A stretch of 28,656 nucleotides of DNA, taken from the IMG/VR virus record IMGVR_UViG_3300014201_000023, positions 1 to 28,656 of that record. The stretch is one strand, 5' to 3'. The notes beneath the pieces were generated by a model. The model was not told the origin of the DNA. It worked only from the letters and a program-made list of their open reading frames with translations, and did not search any database. Shown one piece after another: positions 15,413 through 24,531 of the stretch (its first letter is position 1; each line of letters starts with the position of its first letter). This stretch comes from a virus. Its lineage: Duplodnaviria; Caudoviricetes. The translations under genes were made by a program, and so were the position numbers.

Positions 15413-17095
15413 ATGGCCGACAGCTCGCAAAATCAGCCGACATTCCTGCAGGGGCTCATGTCGGGCCTGCAGCAAGCCCCCGCCAATCCGCTGGTGAACC
15501 TGGGGCTCGGGCTCATGTCGGCCGCCAAGCCCTTCGGGAACGTGGGCGATGCCCTCATGGGCGCGAATCAGGCGACCATCCAGAACCGCGGCGCTATGCA
15601 GAATCAAGCGCTCCAGCGCTATCAGCTGCAAATGGCCCAACAGGAGATGCCCTGGCGCATGCAGTATCTCAAGGGCCTCGCGGGGCTCCTAGGAGGCGAT
15701 CAGAGCGGCGCAAGCGCGGGGGCGCCCCTCGCATCAGCCGCGGCGCCATCGGCTGCTGGCGCCTCTCCCGCGGGCGCCTCAGGGGCCGGCATGGGCACAC
15801 CGGCAAGCGCCGCTGCCGCGCCACTGCAGAGCGGACCCGCGATGAGCGCCGCGCGCCAATCGGACCCCTTCGCCCTCATGAATATGGCGGCGCTCGGGGG
15901 CGGCTTGGGGATGCCGGGAGCCGAGCAGTTGATGGAGCGCGCGAAGGCGGGACTGCAGTACGACCCTCAGATGGCCACCCGGATGGAAGCGGCGAAAACC
16001 TCGGTCGCGGTCGATCAGCAGATGATCAACGATGCCTTGAGCAAGGGCGACACCACGACCGCGCTCGGCATCGCCCAGAAGATGCGTCAGGATTTGGGGC
16101 TTTTGCACGTGGCTGCCATGTCGGGTACCCAGACTTGGGTGGGTTTGGGTGGGGATATCTCGACGTTAAGTCCGAACGAGGGGGTGCAAACGGTCAATGG
16201 GATCGAAAGTGCGATTCCCGGCGCCGCGCAAGCCCGCGGTCAGTTGGCCGCGGCCGAGGCGCAGGGAAAGGCGACGGCAGAAACGGTCGATGTCGTCGAT
16301 CCCAAAACCGGCGCCAAGTACACCATCCCAAAGAGCGCCATTGTAGGCGGGGGCGGCGGCGGCGGCACGGCGAGTGCCCGCGCTCCCAGTGCTCCACGTG
16401 GAACATCCGGCGCTCCGCCCAGCGCCATGGCGGAGTTGCCGCCCTCGACCGAAACCATGCTGAAGGGCAATGCCACGCAAGCACTCGAGTCCAACAAGGA
16501 ATACCAGACGCAGGCCGAAATCGGGCAGCAGATGGTGGCGCAGGTGCAGGCGCTCAAGAACGCGGCCGTCAATTTCACTCCCGGCAAGTTTGCCGATAGC
16601 CGCGCGACCTTCTTGCAGTACATGGACTCGCTCGGCGTGCTTACGCCCGATGAGCGCAAGGCGCTCGGGAGCTATCAGGAAGGCTCGAAAATCGCCATTC
16701 AGCTTCAGGCCGCGGCGACCAAGCAGCTCGGCAGCCGTGAGGCCGCGCAAGTATTCGACAAAATGGGCAAATCCTTACCGAACCTCACACTATCGAAAGA
16801 CGGTCTTGCGAACGTCGCCGCCTGGCAGGAAGGCATCAGCCGCTATAACATCGCGCGCGGCGAGTATGCGAACGATCGAGCGCAGCGGAATGACGCGACG
16901 GGCGTCAATCAGACCCGCGATACTTGGATTAAAAATTCCGACCCCACCTACTTCATCATGGCATCGGCCCCCCCGGACATCCGGCAGAACATGCTGAAGA
17001 CCATGGGGCCACAGAAAGCAAAACAGTTCATCATTGGCTGGAATCAGGCGGCACGCCAGGGATTCGCACCGGGGCCGAACGACTATGCCCAGTGA
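15413..17095 (+). CDS. DNA ejection / internal virion protein 2
   Basis: 560 aa, A/Q/G-rich and helical, N-terminal LGLGLM hydrophobic patch; synteny. Confidence 0.7.
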   Translation: MADSSQNQPTFLQGLMSGLQQAPANPLVNLGLGLMSAAKPFGNVGDALMGANQATIQNRGAMQNQALQRYQLQMAQQEMPWRMQYLKGLAGLLGGDQSGASAGAPLASAAAPSAAGASPAGASGAGMGTPASAAAAPLQSGPAMSAARQSDPFALMNMAALGGGLGMPGAEQLMERAKAGLQYDPQMATRMEAAKTSVAVDQQMINDALSKGDTTTALGIAQKMRQDLGLLHVAAMSGTQTWVGLGGDISTLSPNEGVQTVNGIESAIPGAAQARGQLAAAEAQGKATAETVDVVDPKTGAKYTIPKSAIVGGGGGGGTASARAPSAPRGTSGAPPSAMAELPPSTETMLKGNATQALESNKEYQTQAEIGQQMVAQVQALKNAAVNFTPGKFADSRATFLQYMDSLGVLTPDERKALGSYQEGSKIAIQLQAAATKQLGSREAAQVFDKMGKSLPNLTLSKDGLANVAAWQEGISRYNIARGEYANDRAQRNDATGVNQTRDTWIKNSDPTYFIMASAPPDIRQNMLKTMGPQKAKQFIIGWNQAARQGFAPGPNDYAQ

Positions 17096-18824
17096 CGCGC
17101 AGCTAGACCCCGAGTTTCAGCAATTGCTCGATACCGTTCAAGGTAAGTCGAGTTCAATCCCATGGAACACGAAAGCCGCGAACGCCGCAGCGATGACCCA
17201 CGGCGGCACGGGCGGCTATGATCCAGCCAATTCCGCGTGGATGCAAAGATGGGGACCGACTGCGGGCATGTCAACCCCTGCGCTTGCGCTTGCTGGCGCC
17301 GGCCAGGGACTCACCGATGTCGCGCGCCATGCGGGCAATCTAGTCGGACTTGAGTCTGATCAGGATTTGCGGAACGCGAAGGCATTGGATGCCCCTCTAC
17401 TCGGCACGGGCGCGGGGCGCTTGGGGCAGTTCGTCGGCCAAACCGCCGCCTTGGCACCCGTCGGCATGGGAGCGGGCGCGGCATTGGGGCGCATGGGTGC
17501 CCTGGGCGCGCGGCTCGCTGCCAATCCGATCGCGAGCGGCGCTATCCAAGGAGCGGGGCAGGGCGCTCTCATGGCTGATCCGGGCGAGCGCGGAAAGGGG
17601 GCGCTCATGGGCGGGGCTTTGGGCACATCAGTCCCCGCGCTTGCCGCAGGGCTGGGGAAAGCCGCCTACGGCGTCTCCCGCACCCCCGAGGCGCAGCTGC
17701 TGCTCGACCGCGGTATCGACTTGACTCCAGGGCAGATGAACCCGCGCGGCATGGCCAATCGCATGGAGCAGGCGGCCGAGGGCGCGCTAGGCGTCGGCGA
17801 CCTGATCCAAAACGCGCGGCAGAACGCCATGGGGCAGTATTCGCGCGCGGCGTTGCAAGATGCGATGCCGGCTGGCCAGAAGCTCGCGGGCGCGGGTGAC
17901 TTCAACGAGCTCATCGATGAGGCGGCGGCCAAGTTTGATACCGCCTATGACGGTGCGAAGGGCTTTCCCGTAGGCGCCAAGATCATGCAGGTGCAGGGGC
18001 CGGACATCCCGTTGTCGAAGGCGCTGCAACAAGTGGCTGCGAAACCACGGATCGGCTTGACTGCCGATGCGCGCTCGGACTGGGGGCAACAGCTCAATGA
18101 CCAGCTCAATGAAGTGATCAAGACCGCCAAGGCGACGGGCGGCATGCAAAGCGATCACTTGATCGCGTTTCGATCCGCGATCCGCGATGCGCTGCGCGGT
18201 GAGAACGGGACCGACAATGCTTCGCGTGCCGCGCGCAGTCTTCTGCAAGACGCGAACGACAAAGTGACGCAAGCGCTAGAAAGCCAACTGCCCACGGATG
18301 TCGCGCAGACACTTCGGCAGACGGACCAGCAATATGCGCGCTTCTCGATCCTGCGAAATGCCGCTGTGGCTGCGAAGGATGCGCCGGGCGGCCCGACGCC
18401 ATTTCAAATCTCGACTGCCATCGCCAAAGCAACCCCTCCGAACGCCTATGCCCGAGGAGCCGGTGCGGGGCGGGATCTGTCGAAGGCCGCAATGGACACT
18501 TTCCAGAACAACGTGCCGCGCACGGGCCTCGCGGGCGTGGGGCGATTGGCGCTACCGGCCGCGGCGCTGGGAGGCGTCGGCCTCGCTCACCCCGCCGCGC
18601 TTGCGCTTCCGGCCGGTATGGCCGCGCTCACCCTCACACAGACAGGGCGAAAGCTCGCCGCAGGTAATACGGCCGCACAGAAGTGGCTGCAAGGACTGCT
18701 CGGGAATGTCCAAGGCACGGTGCCAGCGAATGTGCGCAACCTCCCTGGGCTCTATGCGCGATCGGGACTTTTGAGCGGCGCCGCGCCGCGTCTACAACAG
18801 ATGCCCGCACAAGCCGATCAATAA
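17085..18824 (+). CDS. DNA ejection / internal virion protein 3 (P22 gp16-like role)
   Basis: Start at ATG 17085 (MPSDAQ); Gly/Ala hydrophobic stretches, GI.LTPGQ motif, hydrophobic C-terminal region. Confidence 0.72.
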   Translation: MPSDAQLDPEFQQLLDTVQGKSSSIPWNTKAANAAAMTHGGTGGYDPANSAWMQRWGPTAGMSTPALALAGAGQGLTDVARHAGNLVGLESDQDLRNAKALDAPLLGTGAGRLGQFVGQTAALAPVGMGAGAALGRMGALGARLAANPIASGAIQGAGQGALMADPGERGKGALMGGALGTSVPALAAGLGKAAYGVSRTPEAQLLLDRGIDLTPGQMNPRGMANRMEQAAEGALGVGDLIQNARQNAMGQYSRAALQDAMPAGQKLAGAGDFNELIDEAAAKFDTAYDGAKGFPVGAKIMQVQGPDIPLSKALQQVAAKPRIGLTADARSDWGQQLNDQLNEVIKTAKATGGMQSDHLIAFRSAIRDALRGENGTDNASRAARSLLQDANDKVTQALESQLPTDVAQTLRQTDQQYARFSILRNAAVAAKDAPGGPTPFQISTAIAKATPPNAYARGAGAGRDLSKAAMDTFQNNVPRTGLAGVGRLALPAAALGGVGLAHPAALALPAGMAALTLTQTGRKLAAGNTAAQKWLQGLLGNVQGTVPANVRNLPGLYARSGLLSGAAPRLQQMPAQADQ

Positions 18825-19072
18825 CGCGCTGGGTCGGTGTAGAGCAGCGCGAGCATGAGAAGTGCGAAAAAGCCGAGGGGCAGAATCACCGGCCACCAGT
18901 CTTTGCGCTCGGCCTCCGACTTCGGAACGATAGTGAGGCGTCGTGTGAGAATGCGACGCAGTGTTCCATGTGGAACCAATTTCAGCACGCAATGCGCGAT
19001 CACGGCAGCGGTAAAAAACAGTGCGACGGCCACAAAAGGGCGCCCGATGATGGCTAGCGCTGTCCAACCCAT
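18818..19072 (-). CDS. Small two-TM membrane protein, antisense to the late operon (superinfection-exclusion / moron candidate)
   Basis: Two hydrophobic segments with a basic loop; exactly fills the gap between + strand genes; has its own promoter candidate. Confidence 0.7.
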   Translation of the reverse strand: MGWTALAIIGRPFVAVALFFTAAVIAHCVLKLVPHGTLRRILTRRLTIVPKSEAERKDWWPVILPLGFFALLMLALLYTDPARY

Positions 19073-19078
19073 GCCACG

Positions 19079-19107
19079 AGCCTAACATGCCCACGCAGAT
19101 CCCCCAA
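19079..19107 (-). promoter_or_regulatory. Putative sigma70-type extended -10 promoter for the reversed membrane gene (leaderless)
   Basis: Minus strand: TTGGGG, 17 nt ending in TGT, TAGGCT, 6 nt, ATG (19072). Confidence 0.5.
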
Positions 19108-19542
19108 CTCGCGCAGCTCGAGCGCAAGCTCCCCGCCGCGCAAGCCGACTGGGACCGTTTTCGTGTCGAACTCGACCGCTGGCGCACCACCCTGCAGGGC
19201 ATGAACTGGACCGCCATCACGCTCAAAAACAACTGGGTGGCCTACGGTGGCACGACATTTGCGCCCCCCGCCTATTACCTCGATGCGGCGGGGCGCGTCT
19301 TCTGCCGCGGCCTCATCAAGTCCGGCACTGTGACCGATGGCACGGTCTTGTTCACGCTCCCCTATACGCCTTCTTGGGAAGCAATCACCTTCGCGCCGGC
19401 CTATAGCGGCGGACCGGCGACCTATGTCCCCGCGCGCTTGGATGTGCAGCAAAGCGGGAACGTCGTGATTTACAATGCCGGTACCTTCACGGGTGGCTAT
19501 TTCGTGTCGCTCGATCAGCTCTCCTTCTCCCTCATCCAATAG
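19087..19542 (+). CDS. Short tail needle or fibre protein with receptor-binding-type head domain
   Basis: N-terminal helix, then W.AITL.NNW..Y...P.Y..D..GRV..RGLIK.G...GT.LFTLP...RLDV...G.V...SLD.LSF, a typical fibre tip domain. Confidence 0.65.
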   Translation: MPTQIPQLAQLERKLPAAQADWDRFRVELDRWRTTLQGMNWTAITLKNNWVAYGGTTFAPPAYYLDAAGRVFCRGLIKSGTVTDGTVLFTLPYTPSWEAITFAPAYSGGPATYVPARLDVQQSGNVVIYNAGTFTGGYFVSLDQLSFSLIQ

Positions 19543-19574
19543 TCAACACGCCCGCCCGAGCCGTTCTATAGCGT
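19541..19574 (+). promoter_or_regulatory. Putative phage late promoter, copy 3 (fibre and lysis operon, probably leaderless)
   Basis: AGTCAACACGC (19541-19551), 17 nt, TAGCGT (19569-19574); ATG at 19583 follows after 8 nt with no SD. Confidence 0.72.
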
Positions 19575-19582
19575 GCGAAAGC

Positions 19583-22500
19583 ATGCGACGCCTTGGCGCT
19601 GTGCTCCTCCTGCTATTGCCCTTGCTGACCCTCGCGCAGCCGACGGTGATCAACTACTCGACCACCCCCTCCGGGCAGCAGATTCCGCAATCGAACTGGG
19701 TCTCGATCGTCAATGCCAATTTTGCCGCGGGCGGTGGAGGCGGGGGCGGCGGCATCGGCGGCCCGACCAGCATGCAATGGGCCGAGCTCGTCTGCGATTC
19801 CACGTGCGGCAATAAGTCGCTCTCGGGCCTCTGCTACATCGATGGAATCAATTGCTCGAGCATCATTCCGACCGTCGTGCTGCTCACCGCCCAGACCAAT
19901 GCCGACCAAAACGGCTTATGGAGTGTTTCCACGAGCGGGGTGTGGTCGCGCCCTACGAACTACGCCTCGGGATCGACCACGCTCGCCATCAACGGCATGA
20001 CGATTTTCGTGTGGAATGGCTTGAAATACCAAGGCTCGATCTGGAATCTTTATAACGGCTTGACGGGTACGATTACCATCGATTCGACCCCGACCACCTG
20101 GTATGACAACCCGCCGAGGGTGATCGCCACGGGCACGAGCGTCGGGCGCTTGGTCTCGGCGCGTGCGGCGGATGTCGCGAATGTCTTGGACTATGGCGCG
20201 ACTGGAACCGCCTTGCGCAAGAACTACGGCAATGGCACGGGGGGCATTAATTGCACGTCGGGGTCTTCATCGATCACGCTCAATAGCGTTACGGTCCCCT
20301 ATACCTCGGCGAGCGCGCTCATCCCCGGCTGCGGCAATCCAGGGGCGGTCAATAGCTCAAATCCCGGCTCGGCTTCCTCGACGTTCACCTTCTCGGCGGC
20401 TGGCACGGGCTATGTGCCGGGCGAGATTCTTACCTGCTCCGGGGGCACACAGACCACCGCCTGCCAAGCCGTCGTCTACTCAACGAACGTCGTCGCGCAG
20501 CCGACCTTGGTGAGCGGGGGCTCGGGGTGCACCAACAATACGGGCGTGACGTTCACGGGCACGACGGGCAATGCCGGCTCCTCCGGCTCCGGCTTTTTCA
20601 CGATCACCGGCAATGTGTCCGGCAACGCACTGACCTCCATCACCGGCTATACCGCGAATGGCCCCTATTGGACGAATCCCACAACCATTACCGCAGAGCC
20701 CGTGAGCGGCGGCGGGTGCTCGGTCGCGCCCACCGTCTCGGTGACGCTCGGGGCGAACCTGGGCAGCATGATCGTTGCCGGCAATTACACCGCGGTGCCC
20801 TCAAATCCGGTCTCCTTCACCTCAAGCCCCGGCTCGGGCGCGCAGGCAACCTTCGGCACGAGCCCCTACTGGTATGGCAATCCTCTGGTGGGCACGATCT
20901 CGAACGTCGTGAATTCGGGCGGCAATTCCACCTTCACGATATCGGCGAATGCCGCCTCGACGCTCACCAATGGCGCCGGCAAGGTCTATCTGTGGATCAA
21001 CGATGATGAGCCGGGCATTGCGGCGGCGATTGCGAGCGGCAAGAACACGCTGCTCTTCCCGACACCGCCCGCCGTGACGGGCTGGGAGACGGGCTATGTG
21101 ATGAGCACGGGCGTCTCCACGCAAGGCTCGCACGAGCTCGACTTTAACTGTCAGGGCAATTTCCTCTCCGGCGCGAACGCCTCCAACATCTCGACCGCGA
21201 TGCTGACTTTAAGTCAGGCATCGGCTTTCCGCGCGACCTTGGGCTCGATCGTGCATAACTGCCATTTTGATGCGGCGGGGAATTTCGCGCGCAATATCAC
21301 GAGCGCGGATTGGGATTGGATCGTGACCGCGAATTCTTTCGAGAATGCGGCATCGCTCAACGTCGCGTGGGCCTATGGAAGCGGGCGCGCAGGCGAGGGG
21401 CGCCTGTTCGATAACTACATCATCAACGATGGCTATAACCCGCTCACCTTCCCCACCAACGGCATCGTGAACGAGCGGCCCGATGAGCGCTTCGAAATGC
21501 TCACCATGCAAGGCTTTCAGAGCTGCGCGATCAATTCGACGAACGGCACGGGCGATGCGGTCTATTTCGACATTCACGCTTATCAGACGCTCGAAGGCCC
21601 CGGCGTTTTCTGCGAATACGGCGCGGGCAATCACTGGATCGCGAACCTCGCCGATGGCCCACCGCCGGGCGCTGCGGGGTTCTACGCATCGAACGGCTAC
21701 AACACGTATACCGACAACGATTATCAGGCGGATAACGGATATCAGGGGCAGTACGGAATTTTGCTGACCTCCTCCTCGCAGCACAACTCGATCGTGAGCG
21801 GCAACTTTCAGTCGGGCACGACGCCCACCAAATACGCCTGTGTCGATCAGTCAACCAATGGGAACAATTACTGGGGCTCGAATATCCAGAATTGCCCCAA
21901 TATCGGCAATATGCCGGCGGTCCCGACCGTTGCGGGCGTGGCATCGATCCCGACCTATACCGGCGCCATCACGGCAACGCATTGCGCGGAGTGGTCGGCC
22001 TTGGGGATCCTCGAGGATTCCGGCAATACGTGCGGCGGCGGCGGGGGTAGTCCCGCATTCAGCTCCATCACGGCCGGGACAAACACGACCGCTGCCATGG
22101 TGGTGGGCTCCGGCTCGAGCTTGGCGCCCACGGGCACGGGCACGATTGCGGCGACCTCGCTCTCGGCGCTCACGGGACTTCCGACCATTGCGAACAATGA
22201 CATTTTGGGGAACAACTCGGGCTCGACCGCTGCGCCCTCCGCGCTCACGGGTGGGAACGTGCAGGCGATTCTGGTCGCCGCGAACTTTGGCTATATCTCC
22301 GATACGCCCGCCGCGGGGCCGATCAATGATTACTCACCCACGGGCTTTGGCAATTCGAGCGGGTGGATCGACATTCAGCCGGCCACCGGAGGCACCACCA
22401 TCGATGGGCTCGTCGCGGGCGTGGACGGCCAAGCGGTGCTCATTGCGAACGATGAGGCGACGACCGGCACGGACAATGTGACCCTCGTCAATCAAAGCTC

Positions 22501-22615
22501 CTCGGACTCGACCGCGGCGAACCGGTTCCGAGCGGCGGGGAACTTGCTCATCCCACCGGGCGGCCGGGTGCTTTGCATCTATCGCACTGCCTTTTCGCGC
22601 TGGAGCTGTCAGTGA
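19583..22615 (+). CDS. Large multidomain tail fibre or spike with beta-helix domain and predicted Sec signal peptide
   Basis: MRRLGAVLLLLLPLLTLA-QP; fibre domain LSGL..IDG...VLLTAQT...QNGLW.V....W.R; NVLDYGA...DD..IAAAIA beta-helix cap; poly-Gly linkers; about 20 Cys. Confidence 0.8.
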   Translation: MRRLGAVLLLLLPLLTLAQPTVINYSTTPSGQQIPQSNWVSIVNANFAAGGGGGGGGIGGPTSMQWAELVCDSTCGNKSLSGLCYIDGINCSSIIPTVVLLTAQTNADQNGLWSVSTSGVWSRPTNYASGSTTLAINGMTIFVWNGLKYQGSIWNLYNGLTGTITIDSTPTTWYDNPPRVIATGTSVGRLVSARAADVANVLDYGATGTALRKNYGNGTGGINCTSGSSSITLNSVTVPYTSASALIPGCGNPGAVNSSNPGSASSTFTFSAAGTGYVPGEILTCSGGTQTTACQAVVYSTNVVAQPTLVSGGSGCTNNTGVTFTGTTGNAGSSGSGFFTITGNVSGNALTSITGYTANGPYWTNPTTITAEPVSGGGCSVAPTVSVTLGANLGSMIVAGNYTAVPSNPVSFTSSPGSGAQATFGTSPYWYGNPLVGTISNVVNSGGNSTFTISANAASTLTNGAGKVYLWINDDEPGIAAAIASGKNTLLFPTPPAVTGWETGYVMSTGVSTQGSHELDFNCQGNFLSGANASNISTAMLTLSQASAFRATLGSIVHNCHFDAAGNFARNITSADWDWIVTANSFENAASLNVAWAYGSGRAGEGRLFDNYIINDGYNPLTFPTNGIVNERPDERFEMLTMQGFQSCAINSTNGTGDAVYFDIHAYQTLEGPGVFCEYGAGNHWIANLADGPPPGAAGFYASNGYNTYTDNDYQADNGYQGQYGILLTSSSQHNSIVSGNFQSGTTPTKYACVDQSTNGNNYWGSNIQNCPNIGNMPAVPTVAGVASIPTYTGAITATHCAEWSALGILEDSGNTCGGGGGSPAFSSITAGTNTTAAMVVGSGSSLAPTGTGTIAATSLSALTGLPTIANNDILGNNSGSTAAPSALTGGNVQAILVAANFGYISDTPAAGPINDYSPTGFGNSSGWIDIQPATGGTTIDGLVAGVDGQAVLIANDEATTGTDNVTLVNQSSSDSTAANRFRAAGNLLIPPGGRVLCIYRTAFSRWSCQ

Positions 22616-24531
22616 AACGGTTCATCGCGGCGATGGCGCTCGTGCTTCCCCTCATCGTTGGGATCGCATGGCTTTCCTTCCCTGCCCAGTCGATGATCTA
22701 CTTCGGCGGCAATACCGTGGGCGGATCGGGCCCCGTTTTTGGCTACGACGGGGTAATCGCGGTTTCATCGACCGGCCAGATGGTGAACGGCCACGGTACG
22801 GCGATTCAGCTGCGCGGTGCAAATATCGCGCTTCTCGATTCCACCATCTACTCGAACCAGCCCGCCAATCAGCAATGCTGGGGCCCTTACGCGGGTGGAG
22901 GCGGCCCGCCTTGGCCGACCTATGGCAGTTCGGGCGGATGGAACTTCAACGCTGCGCGTTTCACTATGAACGCCTCCGCGTTCTTGAACGTGCTCATCGG
23001 CACGGTGACGGGCAGTGCGTCGGCGCCCGTGTGGGGCGGGACAACCCATCAAGCGGATCTGAACGGCGTCATTAAGAATTGCCTTATCAATTCGATCCAG
23101 TGGGCGCGCGCGAACAATCTCTACATCATCATCGATGAGCACGCCGCAGCGCCCTCCTACACCTTCAGCAGCACCACGCATTATGTCGGCGCCTGGGGGC
23201 AGCCGCTGTTCATCGATCACAACACGGGCGGCCCCTATTGGTATGCGGGTTATGGCGCCGGCCCCGGCGTCACGGATTCTGCGGGTTACGCCTCCTCGGG
23301 CATCGTCGCCTTCATCGATACCTATTTTGGCTCTGCGGCCTTCAACAGTGCGCATGGCTTCAATGGAGGCGCGGCGGGCACCTATTACAACTCGAATTAT
23401 GGGGGCGCTTCGGGCGTCAACGACATCATCTTCGAGCTTTTCAATGAGCCTTACCTTGATCAGCAGGGGCTCAATTTCAACACGGCAAATTTAGGTGCCG
23501 GATCATCGCAGACCGCCTACCAGATCATGGGCAATGGCGGCTGGGTGTCGGGCTACTGCAACCAAAACATCGGCACGGGCACGCTCAATCCCGGCTCCAT
23601 TCCCGTAGGTATTCCGACCTCGCTCTATGGCGCGAGTGGTCAGGCCAACACCACCAGCAACGGCTTCTGTTTTAACTGGTGGTGGCAAGCGGATGGCTAT
23701 CAAACCGTTCTGAACGGCATCCGCGCGCTCGGCAACACGAACGTCATTCAGATCAACGGGCCGGGCTTCACCACAGGGTTCGGGCACATCACGACCTACA
23801 TGCCGACCGATACGCTCTCGGTGCGGCAGATGTCGCTCGGCTGGCATCCGTACCCCGTGGGCTCTTTCCCGAACAATGATGATGGGTACGCCGGGACGAA
23901 ATACGCCCTGCAATTCCCACAGGCCATGATCGCGGGCTCATCGAGCTATACCGTCAACGGCACGGGGTTCACGGGGCTCGGATACAAGATACCCGTCGAG
24001 GCCGATGAAACCGGCACGAGCGGCGGCCCGAGCGCGACGCAGCCCGACCCCTATATACGCTCCATGACGCAATGGGCGGATGGGGGCACCGATACGACTA
24101 ATGGCGTCGCGTTCAGCGGAACTTTCGGGGTGCTCACTTGGAACGGCCTGCAAAACCTTCCCTACGGATATGGCGGCTCTGCTCAGTCGTGGCTCATGTT
24201 CATCTATGGCGCGACGCAGAGCGTCACGGGCTATGTCACGAGCACGCAAGCGGCGGGCTATCCGCTCGGCACGGGCGAGATCGTGGTGACGAATGCGAAC
24301 GGGAACACCATCACGCCGGGACTCGTGATCACGAGCGGCTACAGCTCGGGCGATGGCTTCGTCGGGCCGCAACTCTCGGGCACCACCGGGGGCGCCGGTA
24401 CTTATGTGTTCTCCATGAATACCGCGCAGGGCTCAAGTGGTAGCCCCTTGAGCATGAGCGGGCAGTATTGGCTGCCGGTGAATGGCGAGGGACAGACCAT
24501 GTACAACTGGACGAATCCACACTCGCCATGA
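22612..24531 (+). CDS. Glycoside hydrolase family 5-like (clan GH-A) enzyme with predicted signal peptide
   Basis: GTG start (GGAG SD, GTGA overlap). LRGAN, WNFNAARF, LYIIIDEH, FELFNEP (acid/base), WHPY, PVEADETG (nucleophile), LTW. Confidence 0.8.
   Translation: MKRFIAAMALVLPLIVGIAWLSFPAQSMIYFGGNTVGGSGPVFGYDGVIAVSSTGQMVNGHGTAIQLRGANIALLDSTIYSNQPANQQCWGPYAGGGGPPWPTYGSSGGWNFNAARFTMNASAFLNVLIGTVTGSASAPVWGGTTHQADLNGVIKNCLINSIQWARANNLYIIIDEHAAAPSYTFSSTTHYVGAWGQPLFIDHNTGGPYWYAGYGAGPGVTDSAGYASSGIVAFIDTYFGSAAFNSAHGFNGGAAGTYYNSNYGGASGVNDIIFELFNEPYLDQQGLNFNTANLGAGSSQTAYQIMGNGGWVSGYCNQNIGTGTLNPGSIPVGIPTSLYGASGQANTTSNGFCFNWWWQADGYQTVLNGIRALGNTNVIQINGPGFTTGFGHITTYMPTDTLSVRQMSLGWHPYPVGSFPNNDDGYAGTKYALQFPQAMIAGSSSYTVNGTGFTGLGYKIPVEADETGTSGGPSATQPDPYIRSMTQWADGGTDTTNGVAFSGTFGVLTWNGLQNLPYGYGGSAQSWLMFIYGATQSVTGYVTSTQAAGYPLGTGEIVVTNANGNTITPGLVITSGYSSGDGFVGPQLSGTTGGAGTYVFSMNTAQGSSGSPLSMSGQYWLPVNGEGQTMYNWTNPHSP

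Noticed and set aside
15130-16599. 489-aa alternative-frame + strand ORF
   Set aside because: R/G/A-rich off-frame shadow of the ejection genes, expected at this GC content.
19725-19765. GGC-rich runs (also near 16345, 22030 and 25520) as tandem repeats or contingency loci
   Set aside because: They encode poly-Gly linkers with mixed codons.
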